The translations under genes and the position numbers were made by a program. 64,000 nt of DNA from IMG/VR virus record IMGVR_UViG_2061766007_000288; one strand, 5' to 3'. Below the pieces are notes generated by a model. It was not told the origin of the DNA. It saw only the letters and a program-made list of their open reading frames with translations, and searched no databases. Of the stretch, positions 21,633-34,601 are shown in pieces. Positions within the stretch are counted from its first letter, which is position 1, and each line of letters begins with the position of its first letter. The stretch is from an uncultured virus (IMG/VR IMGVR_UViG_2061766007_000288) (lineage: Duplodnaviria > Heunggongvirae > Uroviricota > Caudoviricetes).

Positions 21633-22070
21633 CTATTTAAGAACCCTGTCTTCCAGCTTCTTGTATACCCAGTAGATTACACCGCAGATGAAGGCCAGTA
21701 TCAGCGTCACAATGAAACCGGCCCACATGGGCGCCAAGAGGGGGAACAGGACCAGCATAGGGGCGATGATATTCCCGTACCTTTCCAGGCGGTCATCCCT
21801 TGGAGGCTCGTGTTCAAGGTTGAAATCACTACATGTGATGTACGCGGCGATTAGGAAGAATATGGCGTTTACGACACCGTATCCCCCTATCACCATGCGT
21901 AACGTGGTCATCCTGGACGGGAACAGGATACCGTCAATGCCAAGTAGCAACATGTAGAGTACAAGGAGGCAGTCGAGGAACAGTGCTATCCACATCATTG
22001 CCGGGAATTCAGCCAGGCAGTCCGACAGTTCCGAATGTATAACTTGAAAAATGAGTTTAACTTTTTTCAT
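21633..22070 (-). CDS. membrane protein
   Basis: Three or more hydrophobic segments. Confidence 0.65.
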   Translation of the reverse strand: MKKVKLIFQVIHSELSDCLAEFPAMMWIALFLDCLLVLYMLLLGIDGILFPSRMTTLRMVIGGYGVVNAIFFLIAAYITCSDFNLEHEPPRDDRLERYGNIIAPMLVLFPLLAPMWAGFIVTLILAFICGVIYWVYKKLEDRVLK

Positions 22071-22074
22071 GCAT

Positions 22075-23475
22075 CTACCAGTTGTTCTTTTTCAGTTTTT
22101 CCTTAGCCGCTTCGTACTGCTTGATGGTAAGATACCACGGCTTCTTATGGATATGCGACCAGCAATACTGCGTACCGTTTTCATAGTTGCCGAAGTTCTT
22201 GTACGACGGGTGGGTCAATTTTTTAACAAGGCCATAGTGGAGCAGGTCCCTGCTGCCGGTATATTCCATGTCCTTAGACCAGAAGGTCTCGCGAATGAAC
22301 TTGATGAATTCATCCGGGGTCATGTCGCCAATGTAGGTCTCTACAACCTTTGTTGACTTTTCCTTGCGGGAATTTGTGTCACTATGCAGGCAGCACAGGG
22401 TATTCCAGTTAAATCCGATCTGTCGCCTACCGAAATAATCGTATTCATATACGCTATTCTGGCAGAGGGCATATATATCCTCGTCCTTATTCTCGGACTC
22501 GTAATAGAACATGTTCAGCAACTTAGGATCACTGCCGCGGTCATAGAATTGAATGAAGATGTCAGTAATCATCGAAATCGGCAATTCTTTCAGCTTCATC
22601 TTGGAGAACGGAACGACATCCAGGCTTTCCACGCCAATCTCGTAATGGTTGCGACAGTCAATCGACTTGACATATTTTTCCCATTCCTTCCATTCGATAT
22701 ACGGAACCGGTTCACGGACCCTGGCATCCTCGGTCGGCCCATAGTCCTTGGTCGGCTTGAAATCCTGTTTGACATGGCCGCATTTCGCCAAGGTGTCATC
22801 GACGACCATGTCATCAAACTTTGTGCTCTTGCTTTGCATCATGGCATCATAGCGCATCGTGAACGTACGGAACTTGTAATCCCTGCCGATGACAATGTAG
22901 TTTCGCCAGAAACAGTTCGTGGAATCGTCGCAGTAGGACGATGCGGAGCCGCAAACGTGGTGCATGAACGGCTTAATCATGGTCACCAGCTTCTGGGCAT
23001 CGACGAAGTAGTCGCGGAGCTTTTCAACCTGCACGCCGTACGGGATTTTGTCAACATCCTTCGGCATGACGGAATTCTTGCTGACCGGGCTGACCGTAAG
23101 GCCACGGCGGATCTTGTATGTATCGGATTCATCATCCTCATCAGGTTCTTCCCAGTCATAATCATCGCTAATGACATTGGTAAATGCGGATATGTCGTGC
23201 ATGACCGGCCTTACATACGGGTTGTACTCGTAATCCCAGTCATAATATGGACTGAAATAGCGGAAATCGCCGGCAGCAACCAAAGCCACCGAGTCTTCGC
23301 AGATAAAGGAATGGCCTTTCTGCCATGTACTATTGTCACGGTCTTCGGTGTCATAGTATGCACCCAGGACGATGCAGTTGTCGGTCGGCTTTCCATACAG
23401 GTCGAAGATACGGTCGATTTCCGTACATACCTGTTCATAGAATTTCTTGTCGTATTTTTTAGTTGTTTTAGCCAT
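22075..23475 (-). CDS. hypothetical protein, 466 aa
   Basis: Long ORF with phage-like composition. Confidence 0.8.
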   Translation of the reverse strand: MAKTTKKYDKKFYEQVCTEIDRIFDLYGKPTDNCIVLGAYYDTEDRDNSTWQKGHSFICEDSVALVAAGDFRYFSPYYDWDYEYNPYVRPVMHDISAFTNVISDDYDWEEPDEDDESDTYKIRRGLTVSPVSKNSVMPKDVDKIPYGVQVEKLRDYFVDAQKLVTMIKPFMHHVCGSASSYCDDSTNCFWRNYIVIGRDYKFRTFTMRYDAMMQSKSTKFDDMVVDDTLAKCGHVKQDFKPTKDYGPTEDARVREPVPYIEWKEWEKYVKSIDCRNHYEIGVESLDVVPFSKMKLKELPISMITDIFIQFYDRGSDPKLLNMFYYESENKDEDIYALCQNSVYEYDYFGRRQIGFNWNTLCCLHSDTNSRKEKSTKVVETYIGDMTPDEFIKFIRETFWSKDMEYTGSRDLLHYGLVKKLTHPSYKNFGNYENGTQYCWSHIHKKPWYLTIKQYEAAKEKLKKNNW

Positions 23476-23500
23476 ATTGGTTCCGATTGTTAAAGTTTGC

Positions 23501-25154
23501 TTACAGCCATCTCCAGGTAATCTTGCCCTCGTCCTTCAAGTCGGCAAGGATATTCAACACGATGATTGGAATGAGGAAGAATGTAATCCCGTAGGCCATT
23601 ATCGCATACGCGGCCAAATTCTCGCCGACGAATGCGAATTTCCACGGTTTCTCCTCGACGAGGATCCAGATGTAGATGATGGTGGCCAGGATGAACATGA
23701 CAACCAGTGCATTCACGACAGGCATGGCGCCGAAGATGAACCCGGCGAGGACATACAGTAGGATATACACCCCGAAAATTATGAACGGCAGCGGCTTCAT
23801 GGTCTGCTCTCCTGGTCCTTCTTGATCTTGGCGAGACGGTAGTCAAGCATGTCCCTCAATTCGGTGATTGCGAGGGCATCCGCAAGGTCTTTCAGGGCCA
23901 CGTCGGTTTCAAGCACGGTCGAGGCCGAACTGGGGAACGACCCCTTGACGAGGTAGTCGTTCAGCACGACCACGAACCCGCCGTTGGAGTGGCGCATGAT
24001 GGTGAAGGGGACCTTGCACTTTCTCCCCTTCTCATCCCTTATGCCGATAGGCTGTTCAGTTTTACACATGTTATACCTTCTTGTTCATCCAGTCATTAAG
24101 CCATTTCGGGCAGTATTTCGCCAGTAAGCCAAACACCACACAGTAGAATATGTCTACCGCCAAAATCCAATCCTTGTCTGCCGCCAGATATACGATAAGC
24201 GCGGTTAGTATCCACAACAGCATTGACGACCAGGCAACCATGTCCCTTCGGGTAACAATCAGGTTCTTCATGATTATTCCTCTTTCAGGATAAAGCTGGT
24301 GAGGTTTCTGAGCACTCGCCCGTCAGTACAGGTGAATGTCGATTCCGTAATTCCGTATGGACGGTGATAGGTACGGAGGGTGCCGGCGCATATCGGCTGG
24401 TCGTTGCCCGCCAGGTACAGGACACCGGTACTCACGCGGGCCTTGAGGAGCCACGCATAAAATATGATGATGAGTATGAGGATGATGACGCAGAGCAGCA
24501 GGCTCTTGGATGACTTTTTCATTACTTCCCTTCCTTTTCGAGGAGTTCAATTTCCTTCCAGAAGCCGGAAAGGAACTCGTTAGCCTTCTTCCAGTTGGCC
24601 TCGTTCTCCGCGGCGCCCTTTTCATGGTAGGCGACATCTTCGCGGTAGCACTGGATGAGCTCAGCCTTGTACTTCTCGAATTCTTCCTGGTTTTCGAGGG
24701 CCTTCCTCAGGCACTCTTCGGATTCGGTGTACCACTTGTAGCCATAGGGCTCGGACTTTGCAATCTGTTCGAGGGCGAAGTTCTTCACCCTGTCATACGC
24801 CTCGCTGCACTTCCATCCCTCGATTGCCTCCTTGACCGCATTCAGACGTGCCATTTCGGCATTTTCCTTCTCGACGACCTCCTTGTGCTCGACAATCTTG
24901 GTTTCGAGGTCGCTTTCCAGTTCCTTTCTCCATTCATCGTCGGTCATGGCGAGACGGCGGGCCAGTTTTTCCTTGGCCTTCACGAGTTCCTTCTCGTGCC
25001 AGTCGTCCTTCGGGAGTTCCTTGGGGATGTTGGGACTCAACGGCTCGTCGCGGTATTCAACGAATATGTCGAACGCACGCAGGCAGAGTTTAAGAAATTC
25101 GGAAGCCTTCAGATTATTATCGATGATGTAGCTGGTGTAGCCGGTATGTTGCAT
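23501..25154 (-). other. operon of small hypothetical and membrane proteins (23501-23800, 23797-24069, 24071-24271, 24274-24522, 24522-25154)
   Basis: Abutting or overlapping ORFs with RBSs behind promoter 25184-25212. Confidence 0.65.
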
Positions 25155-25217
25155 TGTTTTCCTCTTGTTTACTGTTTAACCCAAATGTAGCATATTGCCC
25201 GCCACCCGGCAACAAGG

Positions 25218-26102
25218 TTACTTGGAGAAATCCCGTATCAGGATGGATTCATCCGACCAACCACCAGTCAGCCTTCCATCCGCATGTAGTACCAGGTTCC
25301 GTATGTACTCGCCTTCCATTTCCAACCGATGTTCCAGGGCACCATCCACCTCACGGTATTCGACTTTAACACCGGAAACGTTACCGTACACACACCTGCA
25401 CTTGGTCGATTCCTTGCGTCCATTCAGTAGGTTTCTGAACATGTCAGAGAGCGCGGGATCCGGCTTGGAAAAGTAATCCGACCTGAACAGGATGTTTGAA
25501 ATACCTGCACCGGCGGCAGTCTGTATATATCTGTTTACAAAGTCAGCATCCACATCCGGATACAGTGTACAGTTCAGCCGAAATTCCAGGGGCTTGCCAC
25601 CGAACAATCCGAATATACCGGTTATTTCGTCTATCCCGGGAATGTTTCTGTCACCAAAGACGCGCCGGTTTTCCTCATCGTCGTAATGATGCCGGCTGAC
25701 ATTTAGGTATTTCAGCTTAGAAAGCGTATCGAGCATAACGAAATTCCTGGCCAGGTACCTTCCGTTTGTAGTGAGCGCGTAATAGTCCAACCCACTCTGT
25801 TCCAATGTGTCGAACAGTCTACCAAGGCGCAAGAAATCACCCACTATTAATGGCTCACCGCCTGTAATCGACACCCGATCAACCGCACCAGCATCGACCA
25901 GTTCGTCAACGCACTCCTTCAATATCACTGGATCTAGGTCACCAAGGCCCCTATGCGCCGAGCAGAACGGGCAATGCGCATTGCATTTTTTGGTAAATTC
26001 GACATAAAGCGTACGTTTCGGGGAAACCGATGAACAACATGCCCCCGAATACACGCGGTATTCCTTTTCAAAAATAGATAATGTCTTCGTTTGCAAATCC
26101 AT
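25218..26102 (-). CDS. radical SAM protein
   Basis: CNAHCPFC (CxxxCxxC), ITGGEP, LTTNG; leaderless start. Confidence 0.88.
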   Translation of the reverse strand: MDLQTKTLSIFEKEYRVYSGACCSSVSPKRTLYVEFTKKCNAHCPFCSAHRGLGDLDPVILKECVDELVDAGAVDRVSITGGEPLIVGDFLRLGRLFDTLEQSGLDYYALTTNGRYLARNFVMLDTLSKLKYLNVSRHHYDDEENRRVFGDRNIPGIDEITGIFGLFGGKPLEFRLNCTLYPDVDADFVNRYIQTAAGAGISNILFRSDYFSKPDPALSDMFRNLLNGRKESTKCRCVYGNVSGVKVEYREVDGALEHRLEMEGEYIRNLVLHADGRLTGGWSDESILIRDFSK

Positions 26103-26235
26103 GTCCAAAATGTAGCAAAACAGGCACCAGCTGGCAACCGGCACATTCACTGGGGAGCTGTCCGTCTTTCGCCATCGGTTCCTTATCTGATTGGGAACAG
26201 TTCCTCGTCATTGACGTGCCAACATATCATGCCGG

Positions 26236-26996
26236 TCAGCGGTGTGACTTCTTGTGCTTTTGCCGATAGTTGACATCCTTCTCCACCGGGTGCATCGGTT
26301 GGCCGACCACATACCGTGGCGTCCGCCGGTCAAGCTCTATGCCGTACTTTTCCCGAAAGTACGCCCATCTGCGTACGGCATTCTCGCTAACCTTGCTGAT
26401 TAGCTGTTCGGCGTAGCTCTTAAGGATGTAGTCCACTCCGTCGACCCTAAGCAAGTATTTGTCGTCCATGTTCCGGCAACACTCGTCCTCATATATGCAG
26501 AATGGCGCGTTAAGGTAATGCCGTTCATCATGGCAGACGGTCGTCTGGATAGCGTCCTCTACCGCATCGAGCGGGTAAAAGTCGTCTCGATCATATTCTT
26601 TATTAGATTGCATGCGGCCTATCCTTTCATGAACATGTCGGCGAGAATCTTCCCAAGTGCAGCTTCCTCGGTTATGGTCTCGTGGAGAACATCACTGATG
26701 TATTGTTTGGCACGCATGTGGTAGCTGAGCCGGTCGGACAGATCAGGGTCATTATAGGTCTTATCGTAGTCTACGGGCAGCTTGATGTCATCACAGTCAT
26801 TGCGAAACTCAACAATTCTTCCCCTGAACCTGACGTCCATGTGTACCCAGTCGTCGCCGGTCTCTTTGTAATGGCATAGCTCTATCTTCCGTCTACCGCA
26901 CCATAGAATGACTATGTTTTTGCTAACCGAGTATTCGATTGCATCTATCTCGCCTGTGAACGTAGTCTTGTTTTCGTATCGGATACTAATCTTCAT
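26236..26996 (-). other. two hypothetical CDSs (26619-26996, 26236-26613)
   Basis: Leaderless start at 26996; second ORF has an RBS. Confidence 0.6.
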
Positions 26997-27076
26997 ACTC
27001 CAAATGTAGCATTGTTCCCTGCCGTTGGCAACCGGGAACATTTTTGCTACATTTGGGACATGTACAAGGAGTAATC

Positions 27077-29728
27077 ATGAGCAACATCGTAATACCCAAG
27101 GAACTGCCGGACTTAATCGACCGTTTCCACTTCCTGTGGAACAAGCTCCGGATCATCAAGAACCAGCGTATAGATTCGGACAGGCATGTCCTGCTTGAAA
27201 AGCTCAGGAACATCAAGGCGCCAAGCGAGCTTGAAAAGCGCCTCATTGAGCAAATCGAGGGTGAGGAGAAGGCATGCCTGGATAACGACGACAAACTCGA
27301 AAAGGCATACCGGGAGGAAGAGGCCAGCCTCTATGAAAAGGTAAGGAAGGCATGCAAGGACATGCTCCTGGGTAAATACATCAAGCACATTACCCCATGG
27401 TACACCATATACATGCGGGTGGACCAGGTGACCATGACCGGACGCACCGTGTCCATTTCCGGCAAAAGCATCAGCTTTTACCGGGAACACAACAATTTCC
27501 AATGGACGTGCGTACAACGTTATGACCTATTCGACATCAGCCATGTCATATATGGGAATGCAACGCCTACACTGGAATCACTGGAAACCGACCTGCAGCA
27601 TTTTGAAATCATAAGCCGTGAAGACTTAATCACCTTTATGAAAGAGTACAAGGCCAACCTGGTAAAGGAATGCGACCACATCATCGACTATGCCGAGAAG
27701 ATGGAAGACGGTCCGATGCCGGAAGACGTACCAGTGGATACCTGCAAAAATGGAGTAGGAAAATGACAAATATCCCCCTTATTGTCCATCTGGGCGACGG
27801 GTGTGTCATCGTGGGCACCCTCGTATCATTCGAGCAGAACCTTCCCGCGCCTGCCTTCTTCGACTGTGCCATCCACCAGTTACCCGAGGCCTCATGCAGC
27901 GTTTCCGTACTGACCGATACCATGGGAACACTCGACTTCAACGCCAGACACGTAGTCAAGCTAGGGACCGACAAGGACCACATGGTCGAAATCAAGGCAG
28001 CGATGGATGTCGTACTGTACCTGACATCCCTGATAAACCTGGACCGCAAGGTCGAAAGTTCCGTGGAACAAATCTTAAAGGAGGCTTGCAATGGCTGACA
28101 CGACCCAAGATATACCGATTTCCGATGAACAGTTCGACGGACTGGTCCAATGGATCCTGGACAGGCGCAAGGACGCCATCTTCTCCGTCGAGGAAGGCGA
28201 ACCCGTAATCAAGTACCATGGAAGAACCTACCTGCTCAACAGCGTATATTTCCTAAGGGAACGTCCGGACTTCGTGACGCTCCTTCTCCGGGACATGGAT
28301 TGCCACGATAAGTACGACCAATGGCTGGCCGAATGCGACCGCATTCCACAGAGACCGGTAAACAAGAAGACCTTCTACATCCCGCTGATTCTAACGCGGG
28401 ACGACAGCCACACAGTATTCGACATGGGCATCACGCTTGACCAAAAGTCAGCCGAACGGGAACTGGAAGAAGCATGGAACAGGCTGGATTACAATGAGAC
28501 GAAGAACCTTTGCAAGATTATCAGAATAGTCGAGGTTACGATATAATGGCAAGACTTACCGAGAAAGGCAAGAAAATCGTGGATACGCTCGGCTGCCACC
28601 GGGATTCCCTGTATGAGCTATAAGGAGCAAACATGGCAAGTGAACTACTGGACCGTCTTGACGCCAAACGTCAAAAGAGTGATGCCGACTCCGATCGGTA
28701 CTGGGCCGCAATCAGCCTGGTGAAGAAGCTGCTTTCCATACCGGGCTGCAAGGAAACTCATGACCCGGAGGAGGACATATACCACCTGTCCTACAAGGAC
28801 GAGAAACTCCTCATGGTGAACTTCCGCACCACTGAGATACAGCCGTGCATAATGATAAGCCTGATCCATTCCTACAATAAACAGGATGCGACACTACTCG
28901 AAAATCCGCTGTCTGGTATAATTCCAGCCTTTTGCAAGCTGACCGGTTCGCTACTGGCAATCTCCGATGCATGGTGGTGCATAACCATTGGGTACCTGAT
29001 GAGCAAGTATCCCGAGACCAGGGAACACCTGTTAGAATACCACGGGAAGATAACCGTATGACCAGGCCTGAGGATTTAGAACGTCTCTATGACGAACTTT
29101 CGGGGCACCGCGAGAAGCCGCCCCAGTCGAACGAGTACAACCCGGACGACCCGCTCGGACTAAGCTCCGGCAGGGTGACGTGCACCATGGCGACACTGGT
29201 TGACCCCTGGGATGAAGCAACTGCCGAAGTATTCGTCCAGGACGGAAATGGCAAATGGATTGCGGACGAGGAATCCAAGAATAGCCGGGACATGCTCATC
29301 AGGTCATACCGGCAGTGGCTTTAAGTGAGGCGAATATGGCACGATACAGACGAATGACCGATCCGGGCTACACGAGCCCGTTCATATCGAGGATGCCGGG
29401 GATACCGGCCTCCATGGAAGACGACCGGGAGCCCGAGTACGAGTACAAGGACAACCTGGACGAAGATGACGACATCTGGGAATGGGAGAAGTGCGAGGAC
29501 GAGGACAATGACATCTGGGTGGAATACGGCGACGGATGGCACTCAGAGAAGGCCTTCATGGACCCGGACGCAGATGCCGACTTTCCCGACGACTACCACA
29601 AGGAATGGCGGGACGATGATGACGATGGGGACAAGCCGGAACCGAACGATGACGGCACGTGGGACCCGGTACTGTGGATGGCAGGGATGCTCGGTGTGAT
29701 ATTGATACTCTACGGGATGCTGAGCTAA
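27077..29728 (+). other. operon of hypothetical proteins (27077-27766, 27763-28098, 28091-28546, 28633-29061, 29058-29324, 29315-29728)
   Basis: Overlapping start/stop codons and GGAG RBSs; last ORF is acidic with a C-terminal TM. Confidence 0.65.
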
Positions 29729-29789
29729 CCACCTGCCACTTGTGCAGACATCCGAGTGCAGCCCCATTCATATTGAATAGAAGTTCCAA

Positions 29790-30209
29790 CTATGGAGTGT
29801 CTAAAACACTTCCAAACAATGGCGTAACTCCATCCATATTGAATAGGAGCTTCAGCTGTTTCTTCATAAGTCGTTTAATATCAGCCTCATTCAAATCGTA
29901 TTGCTCATTAAAAACCTTATAGACTCGGTAATATGAGTAATAGAATATAGGTTTTGAACCAAGACTGATGTCAAACATAAACTTGTCATCGGCATTGCTC
30001 AGTGTGAAACTGCATGTAGGAACGTCAGATTTATCACCGGCATAGTTGCGCCATACAACCTTGCTCGACTTCCTGAGCATGTCCAGGAAAATCTCGTCGA
30101 ACTTCTCCTGAGTCATCTCTGGCTTATCTTCTTGGGTTTCCTTGTGAAGCTCATGACCGCAGTACGGACAGAACATCCAGTCTTTTTTATCATTGCACTT
30201 GTCGCACAT
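29790..30209 (-). CDS. hypothetical protein with N-terminal Zn ribbon
   Basis: MCDKC...FCPYCG; GAGG RBS. Confidence 0.6.
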   Translation of the reverse strand: MCDKCNDKKDWMFCPYCGHELHKETQEDKPEMTQEKFDEIFLDMLRKSSKVVWRNYAGDKSDVPTCSFTLSNADDKFMFDISLGSKPIFYYSYYRVYKVFNEQYDLNEADIKRLMKKQLKLLFNMDGVTPLFGSVLDTP

Positions 30210-30239
30210 AGTTGTACCTCTTGTTGTATTTCTCTGCCA

Positions 30240-30659
30240 CTAAAAGAACTGATCCAGATGTTTCTTCACGTATTCGAACTTCTCAAGAACACTTCCATGA
30301 CAATGCTTGAGATTCTCTTCATGACACTTAGGACAATGTAGCATATTGAATGCACCGTTATCCATACCGCACATCCATTCAACGTTTTCAATCGCTTCGA
30401 TGCTGGGCCACTTTACGTTGAACTGAGAGCAGTGCCCCATCACTGGCATCACGATCTTGCACAGGTTAGCTGTTCTAAAATCTGCATAGATAGCCTCGCC
30501 TTCGTGTATGAATCCGAAGGAATTTTCGCCCCACCCATCACAAAACTGTCCGTCCAGTTCTCTGTTCAGCTTATGAAGGATTTCCTTGATTGTGTTCGTA
30601 TCGTGTATATAGTCGTAGTCGATGAAGAAGTTGACACAGAGAACCAGTCCGTGTTCATT
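30240..30659 (-). pseudogene. 3' half of paralog family member C, cut off by TnpB element right end
   Basis: Directly after GGGTAGTTCAC it reads NEHGLVLCVNFFID...GQFCDGWGE...VEWMCGMDNGAFN, homologous to the 12827 and 13786 genes. Confidence 0.75.
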
Positions 30660-31272
30660 GTGAACTACCCACCGCCTAAAGGCGGTGAGCTTCTTGTCTT
30701 GCCATCAACACCGAGTCTTGCCTAGGTGCAATCGGATTGCACTTCGGTATAGGGCCCTGCTCCGGCGAGGCCTGTTCCAGGCACTCAGCTCTTTTTGATG
30801 AGCCAATCATCAAGACTACACGGGCAGAATGTGTATCCCTATCCATCTCGTAGCCGCAGTCGCATTTATAGATGCGGTCGTCCAGTGATAGGATATTCCT
30901 GGCACCGCACTGCGGACATAGCTTGGTGGTCGGCTCCCACTTGGATATCATGAAGCTGCGACCTGAATCCTGCAAGGATTTCAGCCGCTGTTTCAAAGAA
31001 CCCAGGCAGGACGACTGCACCTGCTTGCCGAACAGCCCCTTGTGCCAGTTCGCAATCTGCTCGTCTTGAAAGTAGATAACATCATAGTCGGTTACCAACT
31101 TGTGGTAGATTTTGTTAGCCATATCCTTTCTCCTGTTGGCTAACTTTTCATACTCACGTTTCAGTTGACGCCTACACCTGTAATACAGCTTCGACCCCTT
31201 CTCGTTCTTTTTCTTCCCCCTGCGGTTCAGTTTCCGTGACAGGAATTTTAGGCGGTCCGTTTCTCGCACATT
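30660..31272 (-). mobile_element. tnpB: IS200/IS605-family TnpB, C-terminal part plus right end/reRNA
   Basis: IYFQDE, PTTKLCPQCG...YKCDCGYEMDRDTHSARVV; right-end hairpin CTCACCGCCTTTAGGCGGTGGGTAGTTCAC. Confidence 0.88.
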
Positions 31273-31282
31273 NNNNNNNNNN

Positions 31283-31501
31283 AGCAAAATCCCATACCTT
31301 CTTCTCGGAAGTATGGAAGATGTGCGCACCGTACTTGTGGACATTGATAGTGCCCATCCGTTCAGTAGCGCAGTTTCCGCCCAGTTCTCCGCGACGCTCA
31401 ATGACAAGAACTTTCTTGCCCGCACGGACGAACTTATTAGCCAACACCGCGTTGAATAGGCCGGCACCGACAAGGATAGCATCAAACTTTTGTTCTGACA
31501 T
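31283..31501 (-). CDS. glf: UDP-galactopyranose mutase, 5' fragment
   Basis: ILVGAGL...VLVIERRGELGGNC...VHKYGAHIFHT signature. Confidence 0.88.
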
Positions 31502-31932
31502 TGTAGTTCCTCTTTGGAATGACGGCATCGTGCGCCTCTGTCTTCACTTCGACTACAGTGGACTCTTCGTTCACCGGGGCCTCTTCCGGCTTCGGGTTTT
31601 CCTTGACCGGNNNNNNNNNNACTTTTGTCCTGACATTGTAATTCCTCTTTGGAATGACTGCCTCGTGTGCCTCAGTCTTTACTTCGACTAGAGTAGACTC
31701 TTCGTTCACCGGGGCCTCTTCCGGCTTCGGGTTTTCCTTGACCGGCTCGGTAAAGAACTTGATGAGCGTATCGCGGTCCATCTTAGTAAGGTCGAGGTCG
31801 ACTTCACCCTGGTAATCAGCATTGACCGGATGGAATCCGAACAGCTTGAGTACCGCCACGAGGCTAATCGTGCGGCCAATTTGCATAATGAGGGAGTCTA
31901 CCATGTTCACCGTGCCACCGTTNNNNNNNNNN

Positions 31933-32759
31933 CGTCGTTATGGAATCCCTTATGCCGAAGTCGAGACCAACATTGCGGTTGGTAGGAATCCTCCTCTCCT
32001 TCGGTAGCATTACGCTAATCTTCACGTAGTAGCCGGATGCCTTTCTAATCAGTTTGGCATCGGCAAGTTCAAACTTCTCGAACTGATGTAGCTGGTCCAG
32101 CCCATGAACACGGAGTTTACGGAAGCCGGGAATGGTTATACGGCACCCGTCCAATATCTGCGTAAATCCGGTGATAATAGGTAGACAGTTCACTTCCGAC
32201 TTGAACTTCAATGCGCCGACCTTGATGCCCTTCTTCTTTGCCTTGGCGAGATTGACGATATCCGTCTTTTTCTGTGCCACCGTTGCTCGATGCAAAACCG
32301 ATGGCAATGTGACTGTATCCGTTATCGGGTTCTTGTCCTTGTCGAAATGTACAACATCCTTGTGTTCGGTGTACTTGTAGTCGAACATGCTGTTGTCCGG
32401 ATTATCTTTCGATAGAGACAGCATGTCGTTGATTACCCACTTCGCTTCCTTGAAGCATTGCGATAGCTTCTGGAAGGTTTCCTTCGGATTATGCCTTATG
32501 GACACTTTAAGTTCAAATACTCGGCATATTTGCGACTTACGACGGGCATGGGTCTCCGCCATGCTCGCCTTAATCCTTGCCTTCGTATCTTCGCTTCGTA
32601 CCAGTTCCATATCTAAGTTCTTGACTATACTTATAGTTTAGAAAGTTTACTCAACAAATATATCAAAATAATGGGTGAGCGAAACTTATTTATTTCTTAC
32701 ATTTGCTATCGGCGGGTCTTACCCACGCCCTAAAGGGCGTGAGCTTGCGACCGCCCATT
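31933..32759 (-). mobile_element. tnpB: IS200/IS605-family TnpB, left end plus N-terminal part (CDS starts 32610)
   Basis: TTGAC flank, left-end hairpin CTCACGCCCTTTAGGGCGTGGG, RuvC-I VGLDFGI; interrupts the ORF starting at 32952. Confidence 0.85.
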
Positions 32760-33515
32760 TGTCAACTATGTCTTTGCGGTTGCACAAGTCTTTCAGCGAA
32801 TAAATCGCCGCGTCAGTGAAACACATGACCTTCCTTATCTTGCGTTCTATATCGTTGATATAGTCGCTTACGAGAAGGTTGAAAGTGTTCTTGTGTCCCG
32901 GCTTTTCGTCTTCCGCCGAATAACGGCTATTTCGTGCTTCTTCTGCTGTCATTCAAAACCTCTACAGTTTAGTTTTACCCTTTAAAGCACGCCTTGAGAT
33001 AGGCTTCCCTGGCTTCATTGAAATCTTTACCTGGCTCGACCAGGCACTCGTCTTCAAGGAATGCCAGCTGTCGAATGAAATAATCTTTGCACAAATTGCT
33101 ATCGGCGACGCATTCTGTCTATTCGTCGGTCAGATTGATCCGTTTGTCGCCGGCTCGGACGATCCGGTTAAAATTCTTGAAACTTATTGCTTGCCCACAA
33201 TCTGCACAGAACTTCCATGCGGAAGACACCGGGTGCTTACAATACGGACATATGGTATTATACCAGGGAGATGCATGTAGTTTAACTAACACGATGGCTT
33301 CCTTGACTGACTTAAAATCGTTCTGTTGTGGATGCGGAATCATTTAATTCTCCCTTTCGCCGTTGAATCTAATTCCGGATGATAAATCAGGCGGCCGTCT
33401 TCGGTCAGTTCAAAACCAGGGTTCTCCCTGCAGATGGCCTTATATATGTCGCATGGCTCGCTGTAAGTGACTTTATGTTTGATATGTTTCATACAGAAAA
33501 TATAGCAAACTGGGA

Positions 33516-34079
33516 CTACCGGTGGCAACCGGTGCCTTTTTCACCACCCGAATAGCATGTGCTTGAACTATGTTCCCTAACACTCTTCGCTACGAACTCG
33601 TCCAGCTGCATGTAGTTCGGGTTATGAATTTCCTCAATTACGTTCTGGGATACTGGATGACCATGTACCTTTTGGATAAGTCTTGCTCCGACGGCGTAGT
33701 CGTATTTTTGGGAACATGTAAACGGAAACGTCGATACGTCCGTGTTCCGTACAATCTGTATACAGTAATCGGCCGCTCCCCAGCTGATGAAGCGCTCTGC
33801 ATCATCGAACAGTATGCCATACTTGTCCGCTATACATCTTACCTCCGGTAGCCGAATTTCCTCGACGATTATATACCTCGGGTCACATTCATGTGCCACT
33901 GGTTCCAAGCTGAACCCGTGAGAACGGCAATACTCCTCGGCTTCCTCCTTTGTCCGGAAGGCTCTCGCTTGACTTCCGTCCCGGGTCCATGTAATTTTGC
34001 CATCCGATGCCACGCACATGCAGTCATGGATGTCGCTGCACAGGCATGGGCCAGTTATGCTTCGCTCGATATAGAACAT
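33516..34079 (-). CDS. hypothetical protein
   Basis: 187-aa ORF behind an early promoter. Confidence 0.6.
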   Translation of the reverse strand: MFYIERSITGPCLCSDIHDCMCVASDGKITWTRDGSQARAFRTKEEAEEYCRSHGFSLEPVAHECDPRYIIVEEIRLPEVRCIADKYGILFDDAERFISWGAADYCIQIVRNTDVSTFPFTCSQKYDYAVGARLIQKVHGHPVSQNVIEEIHNPNYMQLDEFVAKSVREHSSSTCYSGGEKGTGCHR

Positions 34080-34601
34080 TATTGAGACACTGCCTCTAAA
34101 AGGTATAGACAGAATTGCCTATACCGCAAATGTAGCAAAAATGCCACCGGTTGGCATCCGGTGATATTTTGCTATTTACGGTGTTTGGTGGGACGTGACA
34201 CCATCCGCAGCAATCAGTTCGACTTCCTTGAGCCGTTCTATCAGTGCAACGTGTTCCAACTGGCTGATAACGATTTTCTCTTGTTCCTGGATATCGCGAA
34301 GAAGTCAATCTCGTCATTCGAGTCAACCGGGCGGGCGACCGAGATGAACAGTCCGGACTTGTAGAACAGGTTGAAATCCAGCCTGTCACGACTATTTGAA
34401 CATTCTATAAAGGCCTCGTCGAAACCGAGTTCGGCTATAGAAGGTGCCATTCTGTCGTACAGTTCCTTGAAGCAGTCGCCGTACTTGCCGGTCGAGAACG
34501 ATTCCTCGAACGACCTATCTAGTTTCTCTCGTTGTTTGCTTGGTTCCATACCTGGAAATATAGCAAATTGTGATACCAGTGGAATGCATAAACTGCAGAT
34601 T

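Noticed and set aside
32611..32759. Kissing-loop leader upstream of the IS605-type tnpB, the GIY-YIG gene or the HNH gene
   Set aside because: Looked for and not found, so the leader is not universal to nuclease genes here.
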